From Daphnia carinata (lineage: Eukaryota): a DNA stretch of 64,000 nt. Shown one piece after another: positions 43,912-54,871 of this stretch. How positions within the stretch are numbered: the first letter of the stretch is position 1; every line of letters begins with the position of its first letter. The stretch is from the NCBI RefSeq assembly GCF_022539665.2, contig NC_081331.1, positions 5,642,001 to 5,706,000 of the forward strand, in the 5' to 3' direction. The notes beneath the pieces are model-generated. The model ran no database searches, was not told the origin of the DNA, and was given only the letters and a program-made list of their open reading frames with translations. The translations under genes were made by a program, and so were the position numbers.

Positions 43912-45728
43912 ATGGCAGACATTCCCTCCACTGTGGACGGAGCATCGGCGGAAACTGCCACTGCTAGTGGCGCTGTAGAATCGTCATCAAAAAAAGAGTA
44001 TTTAACTTCTTTATAAGATTGGCTAGCACGTGATGACGAGATTGTTTTCCGTTACTGATCACAGGCAAATCACCGAAATTGCCATGAACCTATTGGTACA
44101 AGGTCGTCGCCATCTCCTTGTATCTGATATTCCATCTGCCATTGCTGCTCTAGCAGAATCATCTCAGTTACTTGTTGAGCAGTATGGAGAGTTTGCAGAT
44201 GAATGTGCTGAGTCCTACTACTATTACGGCATGGCTCTTTTGGAAATGGCTCGAACCAATACTGATGTCTTAGGAGATGCTGTAGAAGGTAATGAGTTAC
44301 TATGTCTTATTTGAGTTTTTGTGCATAGGCTTTTCGCTATAGGGGAAAAAGAAGGTGAAGACAGCTCTGAATCGGAGGATGAAGAAAATGGTGATGATGA
44401 AGACGAAAGTGAGGAAGAAGAGGAAGAAAAGGTTGCTAATGGAGAGATGAAGACAAATGGAGAAGCTGAGAAATCAGCGGAATCTGAATGTAAGGAGAAC
44501 ATTGATGGTTCAAAAGAGGAAAAATCAAGTTCTGAGGATGCTCAAGAAAAAATGAAACCTAAAGAAGAGGAGGGAAAATCTGGGGATGTCGAAATGAAGG
44601 AAAGTTCTGAACAGACAAAAGGAAATGACTCAGAGTTGAACTCGGACAGAAAAGCTCTTGAAGATATTGATGGAAAATCTGAAGAAACAATTGTTGCAAA
44701 ACCCAAAAATGAATCAAAAGGCAAATCTTTGAAGGCTGCTGGCCCTGCTACAGGAGACAAAGTTGATTCTGCTGATGAAGATATCACAGCAGATGAAGTT
44801 TCAAATCTTCAACTTGCTTGGGAAGTCTTTGAATTGGCCAAAAATATTTATCAGAGGTAGCATTTTTGCTTCATATTTTTACTTGTCCTGAGATGATTTT
44901 TAAATCCAAATGTGCGATTCGTTAGGAAAGCTGAAACAGATCCGCTAGCAAAACCAAAGCTGGCCGACGCTCTTATTAGATTGGCTGAAGTAGCAATTGA
45001 ATCAGAAAATTATGCGTCAGCAATAGAGGATTTGCAAAAATGCCTTGAGATCCAAAAAGCGTCATTCCCAGCTGATAGCAGGTTTTGATTCCAGTTAAAG
45101 CGTGTTGATTAGCTTCTCCTTAAAAAAAAAAAATGATTTGCATAACTATAGATCTGTGGCCGAAACGCACTATCAACTTGGTGTCGCATACACATTTACG
45201 ACCGACTTCAAGGAAGCTGTGAATAGTTTTGAAGCGGCGGCGTCTGTAATCCAACTTAGAATAGAAAACCTCAAGTGAGTTATAAAAATTTACTATTTTT
45301 ATCAAAACATATGACAATGGGTGATCTTGATATCTAGGAATCCTGCGGAGAAAAAGCCATCCATGGAAGAGCCTAAAAACTTGTTTCATACTATTGAGGG
45401 TGAAATTGAGGAGCTGGAAACTTTGTTACCTGATATTCGTGAAAAAATTGCCGATACAATTGATTTGGAGAAGGAGGCACTTCGCAAAATTGCCGAAAAC
45501 GGCACAAGCGAACCAGGAACATCTACCAATTCAGCTGCAGGGAATGGTAGTATGGAAACTGAGGTGGCTACACTTTCTGGAGAATCACCGAGTGCAGGAA
45601 AGCCTGCCACCGATATCACGCACTTGATTCGAAAAAAAAGAAAGCCAGAGGACAATGCTGAAACTGATGCATCGGCAGCCAAAAAAATCTGTCCTGGTGT
45701 CGCTGTTGCAGACGCAGCGGTTGTTTAA
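43912..45728 (+). CDS. NASP: Histone chaperone NASP (N1/N2 family, interrupted TPR)
   Basis: Exons 43912-43997, 44065-44288, 44343-44856, 44926-45081, 45153-45274, 45338-45728; LVQGRRHLL, YGEFADECAESYYYYGMALLEMAR, acidic insert, SNLQLAWEVFELAK, AETHYQLG, DITHLIRKKRKP. Confidence 0.93.
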
Positions 45729-46625
45729 TCGTCAGAGAAGATGGAGTATAACTTCCCCGTGCTCTTCTCAACTCAGTTTTAAAACTTGCTAATATTAATC
45801 GTACTCGAATAATACAACCTACATGTTTTTCGTAGTATTTATCATATCGAAGGTCCAATATCGTGTAAGTTGTAAAAGTTCGTTCGGAAAAATTTATGTC
45901 ACAGGCGGTATCACAGAACTAACATTTATTCATTTTTAATTTGTTGCTTATACAATACTAGAGATATGTAACATTTTGTACAGGAAAAAATTGAGCACTC
46001 GTGCCGTGAAGAGGCCGACTAATGTATAAAGTTATAGAACCAATAGGCCTTTGAAGTTCAACACTAAATCGCCAATGCCTGTAGCAGTAAATTTTGGGAT
46101 ACTTTTTCATTGCGCGATCAAAAATGTTCTTGCTGTGACTATTTTAATCTATCGCTGTTTATTTGTTGGCTTCTGATTCAGTTTTCCAAGCATTGCGTTA
46201 AAAATCATCGTAACGGTTTTACATATCGGATAATTTCAAGAGATTATTCAAATCGATTCGTCGTCAGTAAGCTATGGTTTTAATTGAGGTGAACTTTTCG
46301 TTTGAACATCGCCATTGCTAAATTAACTTGAATCGTTTTTGAGTCAAAAGGTGCCGAAAATACGAAGTTGACTATCCCTTTCAATCCAGATCCACTCAGG
46401 CTGTCTGTCACGGTGCCATCTATCGCAGCAGACCGTACACCTCAGCGCACACTATCGCCGTAATAAATAGAAAGTATACATAACATGACAACAGTGGAGT
46501 AACATTTGCTTACCACGTTACCGGTCCATTGAGCATTTAGCCCATCAGCAAGAGTTGAGTCAGTGATGATTCTGAAGTCAACTATTTACAAGTTTTTCTT
46601 TATTAATAATTGAATTTCACTAGAA

Positions 46626-47106
46626 ATGGCGGCAATGACACCACGCTTCACCGTTGGTGTAAACAAGGCAAACGGACGAAGACCTTGTAGGGAACCGGTT
46701 CCGTTTCAAGAAATTTTACCGTTGAAGTTGAAGGACTCAGTTTCTGGAAAGGGTGACAGAACATCAGGTATAAATTCTTTAACCTATAAACATGAAATTT
46801 GACCTTAAAAAATTATGCATAGAGGTGGCTTGTCTCCAAGACATGGCTGTAATGTTGGCCTGCTTCAAAAAGCATGATTTCAACCAAGCATTGTGTTCAA
46901 AAGAGATCGGTGCATTTCAGTCATGCTATACAAATTTTACGGTAAGTCTTCATACCTTCACATCTTGCAATATAGATTGACAATTTCGACATTTACAGAA
47001 TGATCATCAACAAGCCAAAAATATGGAAAGTACCATGGCTGGAACGAAATCCAAGTTGCCATATAGAACCTTGAACAAAATTTTAAAGAAGTACCCGTCT
47101 GCTTGA
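46626..47106 (+). CDS. CHCHD1: Twin CX9C mitochondrial protein, CHCHD1/mS37-like
   Basis: Exons 46626-46767, 46823-46941, 46999-47106; ILPLKLKDSVSGKG...ACLQDMAVMLACFKKHDFNQALCSKEIGAFQSCY (two CX9C). Confidence 0.85.
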
Positions 47107-48059
47107 GTAACTTGAGGTTAAATGTAGAGGATTTAGGCATTAATAAATCGTTCGTCCCATTCTAGTAAGTATCATTTTGAAGGAAGATTATTTGAAGGAT
47201 TACTATGACAATAAATTGTAAAACTAGATAATAAAATGATATTGATAAATAGCTCTTATTAGAATTTGCAGTCCTCAAACAGCAATCATTTTTATTTCAA
47301 CTTGTGTAGGGCCAATATTATTTGTATCCAGTTTAAGCTTTTTCAGTAAGAATAATGAGTAGCCTAATTAATTTTTATTTGTAAAGGACCTGCAATTCAT
47401 ACTTTATTATACTCTCTCAATAGCTAATATATTCATCTACTTGCGAGAGGAACGCTCTTGTTAACCCTATGCTTTTGCATGAGGGAAAAGCCAAAAACGT
47501 ATATCACGCACGGTCGCGACGGTCGTTGCAAAATAGGTAACCTACCACCGCGACGCTGTTATCAAGTTGTGTAGATCTGCCACTGCGTGCAGCTCTAGAG
47601 CTGCGCTTGTCCTGTTTTTTTTTATGGCGTGTACAATTTCCCAACTAGCCTATTCGTTTTATGACACTACGCTAAACTACGCTAAATTTCACTCAGCTCC
47701 AGCAGTGAATTTTAAACAATAGTTTTAAAAATGAGTGTTCGATTAGGCTCACTGAAACGAATTTATCGTACCTGAAGTATTTCCCATGGATTAATTACCT
47801 AAGACAATGTTTTCAAGACAACGCCATCTAGCAGCGAAAACCTAAAATTACGACCGATTTACGATTTCCTAGAAATCTTTTGATATACTTCAATAACGGT
47901 TGACTTAGCGCACATATTTGGGTTTGTTGTTTGTTACGCTTTATTCCATAACTATAAGCACTAGGAAAAAAACAAACGACATATTTTTTATTGTTGTTTA
48001 ATTTCGAATCAAAATCACGTATTTTTATAGCTACATCTCGATGTTTCGACAAAAATATT

Positions 48060-48385
48060 AAATGGTCGAAAAAGTCGGGGTTATTTTGTCGGGCTTAATT
48101 TTGAGCATGGCGGAAATTCAGTCTTGTAATTTTGACATTAAATTTGGTTTAAATTAACCTAAAATAAAATGCTGATATCAGGAAAAATTTTTGCTTTCTC
48201 GTCCAACCAGATGTTTTTATAATAAATGGAATTAATGCGCTACTGGTGCGCCGGCATTTATGACCCGTTTCATCCGTTTATTTAAAAATTTATAAGCACT
48301 ACGTGAAAGCAAACTTCATTTCTGTGAATCTCGACGAATTCCAACAAATTTAAATTTTGGCCAAAATTGAAAAAGTGGGAAGGCT
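48060..48385. mobile_element. Right part of a MITE ending ...AAAAGTGGGAAGGCT
   Basis: Terminus at 48385 followed by AT; shares GTCGGG and TACTGGTGCGC motifs with 5760-6250. Left end not identified. Confidence 0.45.
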
Positions 48386-48387
48386 AT

Positions 48388-48925
48388 AGCCTTCCCACTT
48401 TTGTCAAAATCGGTCAAAAACGAAATCTCTTGGAATTCGACGAAACTCACACAGTATAATAAAACTGAACGCAGATTTCAATTCAGCTATTACTTTTTTC
48501 CCTAACCCAGCCGTTTTGAAAATAAAAGAAAACAAAGTGCTGTTAGCGACACTTTTTTTGCGCCGTAGCGTACTAGCGCGCTAACGTTATCAATTATTCG
48601 GTGTTTTTCAAAAACGATTGACTTAATGGAAAAAAGAACAAGTTTATCGAAATCAACATTCAATTTTAAGTATATCCTGTGATTTTCATCCAATTCCAAT
48701 AAGTGTCAATTTTTTTATGTATAAATTTTAAGCCCGACAAAATAAGCCCGACAAAATAAGCCCGACAAAATAAGCCCGACTTGTGTTTTTGACGTATAAT
48801 GTTAAAACTATAAGACCTATTGAAAAATAACCTTGATTTCCGTGGCAAGCATTCGATTCTGAAACGGAATCATGTACTTTTAATCAAATTTCAATTTTGG
48901 CCAAAAATGAAAAAATGAGAAGGCT
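48388..48925. mobile_element. 538 bp MITE with AGCCTT...AAGGCT termini
   Basis: AT|AGCCTTCCCACTTTTGTCAAAATCGGTCAAAA ... TTTTGGCCAAAAATGAAAAAATGAGAAGGCT|AT; internal 48560-48700 resembles 6036-6200. Confidence 0.7.
48729..48780 (+). repeat. 14 bp tandem repeat (TAAGCCCGACAAAA) x3.7
   Basis: Exact tandem copies; the core recurs singly at ~5832, ~6210 and ~48088 (reverse). Confidence 0.9.
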
Positions 48926-49155
48926 ATTATGGCAATCCGTTTTATATGGCAATTCGTTTTACACCAAAAAAAAAAAAAGTTCGCCAAAAAAAAAAAAAAA
49001 AATCACACTTTTTTCTTTTTTTTCCGACACGTAGCCATCTACCGCTCAGACTCGTTATTACTGGCGTAGGCAATTTCAGTCCATTGGATGCCATTCGCAG
49101 TTAGTTCAGTAGCGTGGATGGAGAATAACGCGTGGTTGGAGGAACAATTGAAAAA

Positions 49156-50552
49156 TTGATAAGATAATACAACAAAAGATGGTAAGTATAAACATTATTA
49201 TATTGGTTTTCAATAATTAGTTATTGTTTATTAGATCAAATTATGAAGCTGCAGGCCCAATTATTAGAACAACACAAAATATTAGAGAACAGCAAAGCTA
49301 AGGATGGTAAGGCCTAATACGTAATGATTCTATTTATTTGCTTTTATTCATTCGTGTTTTGTAGCTCAAATTTTGAGTCTACAAGCTCAGCTAGGGGAAA
49401 AAAACAAATTGGAACGGAACTGTTCCCAAAACAGTGAAGGAGGTTTTTCAAAACTCATCCCTAACTGAACATGAGGATGAATTGGCATTAGGCGAACACA
49501 GCCAGGTACCTAAACTTTTCAAATAAGAATTCAAAATAAGTATATAATTTTAACAAACAATTATTTATTGTTTAGTTATTCAGTCTACCACCTGACAGTG
49601 TGTTGAAGTTAAATTCTGTTAGTGCTGCACTAAAAGAATTGTTAGTAATAAGTTCATGCAGCGAAGGAAGTGAACAATTGTGGGACCGTATTTGGGCTGA
49701 AAATGGGTGTGGTAAGGAAATCCAGAAATAGCACGAGTTCAACATAAAACATGAATTAGGTACTTTTCGGTTTTTTGTCTATCAAAAAAGTATTTTTAAT
49801 GCTATTATTTTGCATTCACAGAATTTTAGTGGGGGATCAAGTCAAGTCTGGAAGTGTTACAGGATGGAAGAGTGAGCCTACAGTTGAAAAACACTGAAAG
49901 TGCATTACCATTAAGGTATGAGGTAAAGTAATAGAGTATGCAAATTGTCTAATGAGAAGTACCATCTTGTGTGAATGAATCCTGTGTAACAGCAATCCTT
50001 TATAGTTCTGTCACAGCTAGAAGCCTCAAATAATTCTGCTTCTCTTGCTAAAGAACAACTTGTCCTTTATGTTCACAGTGTTGGTGAAGCTGGGTACTTA
50101 AATGGCCCTAAAGATGTTTTAATGTTGCTGCTGTTGCAGAGATGAACATCATACATGGACTCTTTAGGTATGAAAAGAATTTTCTTCAAAATTTTTTGAA
50201 TTTATGATGACGAAGCTTTTCTCTTCCTTTTTGCCAACCAGGTGTAATCTACAAAAAAAAAAAAATTTTATCCAATAGGAAAGGAATTTCAGCATACTGG
50301 GAACACAACTATCAACAATGCAACATTCTAGGGGTGCTATTTTATCATTCAAGAGCCTTATACAATGATTTTCATCTGCAATTTGTATGGCCTTTCCCAA
50401 GCTTCTGCTAGAAGTTGAATCTATAAGTCATGTAAGTCACATGAGCAACAATTGAGATGCTTAATGGTGTTTTTCTTTTCTCATTGTAGGTTAATAGTAA
50501 CATTGGATCTGAAAAAATTCTTGGTTGGGGCATGACACTGAATAAATTGTAA
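49156..50552 (+). pseudogene. Decayed spliced gene in left arm of foldback copy 2 (most complete version)
   Basis: GT-AG introns at 49182-49234, 49307-49364, 49506-49575, 49760-49821, 50432-50489 (53-70 bp) separate coding-like segments; ATG mutated to TTG; several stops and frameshifts. Confidence 0.6.
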
Positions 50553-51224
50553 TGATTGAATGGATGACATGACATTTCTATACTTCATTCGGATTCCCGA
50601 GACGGTATTTTATATTTAAAAAATTGAAGTGCATATCTGGGCTCCCTTCCTTTCCGTAGCCCCGTTTCCCCTTGACTCGTAATAAGCCCGTAGGGGGTCA
50701 TGCCCCTACTGTACGGTATATATAAAAACAACATATACCGAGGTTTGGAGGGCTCTGGCCGGAAAGGGGACGTGGATGTCCGCTTAGTCCGATGATGTGT
50801 TCACGGAGGGCTCTGTGGCTACCCACAAATCCGAACTAAAGGTTAATCGCTCCTGTAAAAATGTTCCAAATCTTCAGCTCTTCTTCCGGCTTCTCTTAGC
50901 CAATCACCGGGTAATCTCCCCGGTGGGTCAACAAGGCAGTGTCTCCCCCTGCCTGGGTTGACGGCAACTTTTGAAAGGGCTATTGTGCCTTTTTAAAGTT
51001 GCAAAAATAATTGTAATATGCAGAGAATTGTCAATAAATTTTTTTTTTTTAAAATATTTTTTGCAAAATTTGTCTCTTTCATTGTCTGTGTTCGCTGTGT
51101 TCACACATTACATATATCGCCTTTTTTTTTAATTAGCTTGCTCAATTCACCTATATTGTTTTATGCCAGCTTTGTTGGTAACCATTGTTTCCATTAGTTT
51201 ATCGTTTATCTGTAGGCATTCAAT

Positions 51225-51647
51225 TATTATCCAGGGATCGAACGCTGGATGTTCGGCATACCGCGCCGATGCTCTACCAATGAGCCATGAATCATATGAT
51301 GTGAAGTTGGCTTTTTTCTAGTCACTTGCGGACTTGCATTTACACTTTGAATAAAACTGAAATGCATTACTGCAATATTCTTTTCTCCATTTAGATATAG
51401 ATCTTTATACATCTAGTAAGTTTTGAACCCAGGGTAACAGTTATTGCAGCTGAATGCTCTACCACAGAGCTATGGACCTTACGAAAGCAATAGAAAGATA
51501 AACATATAGTTGTGAAAGACTGCAGAAACATCCTAGACGATAACATATGATATGCGCTAATAAAAATTTTAAATATATCTCGTGGCTCAATGTTAGAGCA
51601 TCGGCGTTGCACGCTGAATGTCTAGGGATCGATTCCCATGCCAGTAA
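51225..51647. pseudogene. Three tRNA-like units in the copy-2 spacer
   Basis: Unit 3 at ~51225-51294 (-), unit 2 at ~51409-51479 (-), unit 1 at ~51576-51647 (+); homologous to 3411-3481, 3223-3294 and 3055-3127. Confidence 0.6.
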
Positions 51648-52387
51648 AACAACATATAAATACAAAATAACTTCAGAAAATATCCAGGTATTACACGTTG
51701 TTCCTTGTCTAAGTTCAAGAATTCAAAAAGTGTAATAATAATAATTGAATACTTACAGATAAACGATACAACGGTGGCAAAAACAATAAAGATGAATTGA
51801 GCAAGCTAAATAAAAAAAAATTGGTAATTGTAATGTGTGAACAAAGCGAACACAGACAATGAAAGAGACAAATTTTGCAAAAAATATTTTATAAAAAAAA
51901 ATTTATTGACAATTCTCTGCATATTACAATTATTTTTGCAACTTTAAAAAGGCACAATAGCCCTTTCAAAAGTTGCCGTCAACCCAGGCAGGGGGAGACA
52001 CTGCCTTGTTGACCCACCGGGGAGATTACCCGGTGATTGGCTAAGAGAAGCCGGAAGAAGAGCTGAAGATTTGGAACATTTTTACAGGAGCGATTAACCT
52101 TTAGTTCGGATTTGTGGGTAGCCACAGAGCCCTCCGTGAACACATCATCGGACTAAGCGGACATCCACGTCCCCTTTCCGGCCAGAGCCCTCCAAACCTC
52201 GGTATATGTTGTTTTTATATATACCGTACAGTAGGGGCATGACCCCCTACGGGCTTATTACGAGTCAAGGGGAAACGGGGCTACGGAAAGGAAGGGAGCC
52301 CAGATATGCACTTCAATTTTTTTAATATAAAATACCGTCTCGGGAATCCGAATGAAGTATAGAAATGTCATGTCATCCATTCAATCA

Positions 52388-53571
52388 TTACAATTTATTC
52401 AGTGTCATGCCCCAACCAAGAATTTTTTCAGATCCAATGTTACTATTAACCTACAATGAGAAAAGAAAAACACCATTAAGCATCTCAATTGTTGCTCATG
52501 TGACTTACATGACTTATAGATTCAACTTCTAGCAGAAGCTTGGGAAAGGCCATACAAATTGCAGATGAAAATCATTGTATAAGGCTCTTGAATGATAAAA
52601 TAGCACCCCTAGAATGTTGCATTGTTGATAGTTGTGTTCCCAGTATGCTGAAATTCCTTTCCTATTGGATAAAATTTTTTTTTTGTAGATTACACCTGGT
52701 TGGCAAAAAGGAGGAGAAAAGCTTCATCATAAATTCAAAAAATTTTCAAGAAAATTCCTTTCATACCTAAAGAGTCCATGTATGATGTTCATCTCTGCAA
52801 CAGCAGCAACATTAAAACATCTTTAGGGCCATTTAAGTACCCAGCTTCACCAACACTCTGAACGTAAAGGACAAGTTGTTCTTTAGCAAGAGAAGCAGAA
52901 TTATTTGAGGCTTCTAGCTGTGACAGAACTATAAAGGATTGCTGTTACACAGTATTCATTCACACAAGATGGTACTTCTCATTAGACAATTTGCATACTC
53001 TATTACTTTACCTCATACCTTAATGGTAATGCACTTTCAGTGTTTTTCAACTGTAGGCTCACTCTTCCATCCTGTAACACTTCCAGACTTGACTTGATCC
53101 CCCACTAAAATTCTGTGAATGCAAAATAATAGCATTAAAAATACTTTTTCGATAGACAAAAAACCGAAAAGTACCTAATTCATGTTTTATGTTGAACTCG
53201 TGCTATTTCTGGGTTTCCGTACCACACCCATTTTCAGCCCAAATACGGTCCCACAGTTGTTCACTTCCTTCGCCGCATGGACTTATTACTAACAATTCTT
53301 TTAGTGCAGCACTAACAGAATTTAACTTCAACACACTGTCAGGTGGTAGACTGAATAACTAAACAATAAATAATTGTTTGTTAAAATTCTATACTTATTT
53401 TGAATTCTTATTTGAAAAGTGTAGGTACCTGACTGTGTTCACCTAATGCCAATTCATCCTCATGTTCAGTTAGGGATGAGTTTGGAAAAACCTCCTTCAC
53501 TGTTTGGAAAGTGCCCTGTTCTAATTTGTTTTTTTCCCAGTAACTACTTAATTGTAGACTCAAAATTTGAG
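52388..53571 (-). pseudogene. Decayed arm gene in right arm of copy 2, first two exons deleted
   Basis: Near-exact reverse complement of 49365-50552. Confidence 0.55.
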
Positions 53572-54039
53572 CTAAAAAACACAAATGAGAAAAAAAAGAA
53601 AAAATTGTGATTTTTTTTTTTTGGGGGGGGGGGTAAAACGGATTGCCATAGTATTTAACAGTATTAAGCGTCGAATAAAAAATCAGTACCAACTTTCTAT
53701 CAAGAATTTTTACTGCAGACGATCCCCCAAACACTATAGCCACCTATTGGTACGATATTCAGTTTTCTGCATTGGGTTTCAGCGATCGTCCGGGGCAAGA
53801 CTAAGGGCTGTAGCAACTTTCACTTCTAATAATTCAAATGCCATAAGGTTCACGTGTAAAAGATATCAATTTTCGTAATCCTTGCTTAATTTAGCTTAAA
53901 ATACATTATTCCGATTTGAAATTGAACGCTGATCACGAATATCGGCTTTGTTTTGACATTGGGCATAACAAAACGGAGAAAAACGAAGAAAATGACCGTG
54001 GAAAAATTGCCTCAAAAACCGTCAAAAATTGACCATCGT

Positions 54040-54450
54040 TGGAATTGCTTGAAAATGCCAGAATATACTCAAAATCGAATACTGATTTCGAGAAAATTGC
54101 TATTTTTTTTCATAACATCAACAGTTTTGGAAAAACACCGAATTAAAATACGACTGGCGCGCCAGTACGCTACAGCGCTAGCATGACACATCAAAGTTAT
54201 TCAATTCGATATATTTCCAAAACGATGATCTAATAAGCAATAATAAATAATTTAAAACCAATATAATAATCTTTATACTTACATCCTTATCTTTTATTAT
54301 CTTATCCATTTTTAAATATTTTTCTCCAGCCACGCGTTTTTCTCCAGCCACGCTACTCAACTCACTGCCATTGGGATCCAATGGACTCAAATTGCCTACA
54401 TGCCTGTAATAACGAGTCTGACCGGTAGATGGCTACGGTCGAAAAAAAAA
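54040..54450 (-). mobile_element. Diverged fragments of the same transposon families
   Basis: 54050-54182 resembles the reverse complement of 6036-6190; 54225-54450 is a diverged reverse copy of the foldback subterminal region including the MDKIIKDKD exon. Confidence 0.65.
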
Positions 54451-54871
54451 GAATTTATATATTTTTAACTAAGTCTCAAATTTAGCCAAAATGAGACAAT
54501 AATTAGTAGGCATAAATGTGAAGAGATTGGGGGCTTCTTTTAATCTTTACCTTAATTCATATAGAAGCCTTTTCCCTAACCTGGTAACATAAAGGTGAAG
54601 CAAAACTTTTTTCCCTACCAATCAACAGAACAATATCATTGATCAAATTCAATTGATGGAATTGATGAAGCAACACGTCAATGAAAGTTTATCACCGTTT
54701 CGGTTTATTATTGAAATTGCACAAAGAGAACTGAATTCTTTTGGAAGTCCGACATCGCCACTGTGATGAATACACGGTTGCTTTCTTCAGGTAAAACAAT
54801 TATACCCCCCAATTTTATGGTAAACGTGAAATTCTGAATCGCTTGTGAAGTTCTAGTTTTAACATACTTCT

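Larger units (their letters stand above)
48931..53647. mobile_element. Palindromic foldback-like non-autonomous DNA transposon, copy 2 (spacer inverted relative to copy 1)
   Basis: AT|GGCAATCCGTTTTA (repeated at 48948) ... GGTAAAACGGATTGCC|AT; arms ~48931-51230 and ~51738-53647; spacer 51231-51737 is a diverged reverse complement of 2968-3474; right arm lacks ~300 bp near 53590. Confidence 0.88.

Noticed and set aside
47461..47490. TTAA-CCCT as a piggyBac/Pokey terminus
   Set aside because: No matching AGGG-TTAA end or transposase found.
48729..48780. Short repeat array as CRISPR-like
   Set aside because: No spacers; eukaryotic context; simple tandem repeat inside a MITE.
51231..51737. Spacer flip-flop inversion between the two copies
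   Set aside because: Cannot be distinguished from the whole palindromic element inserting in the opposite orientation.
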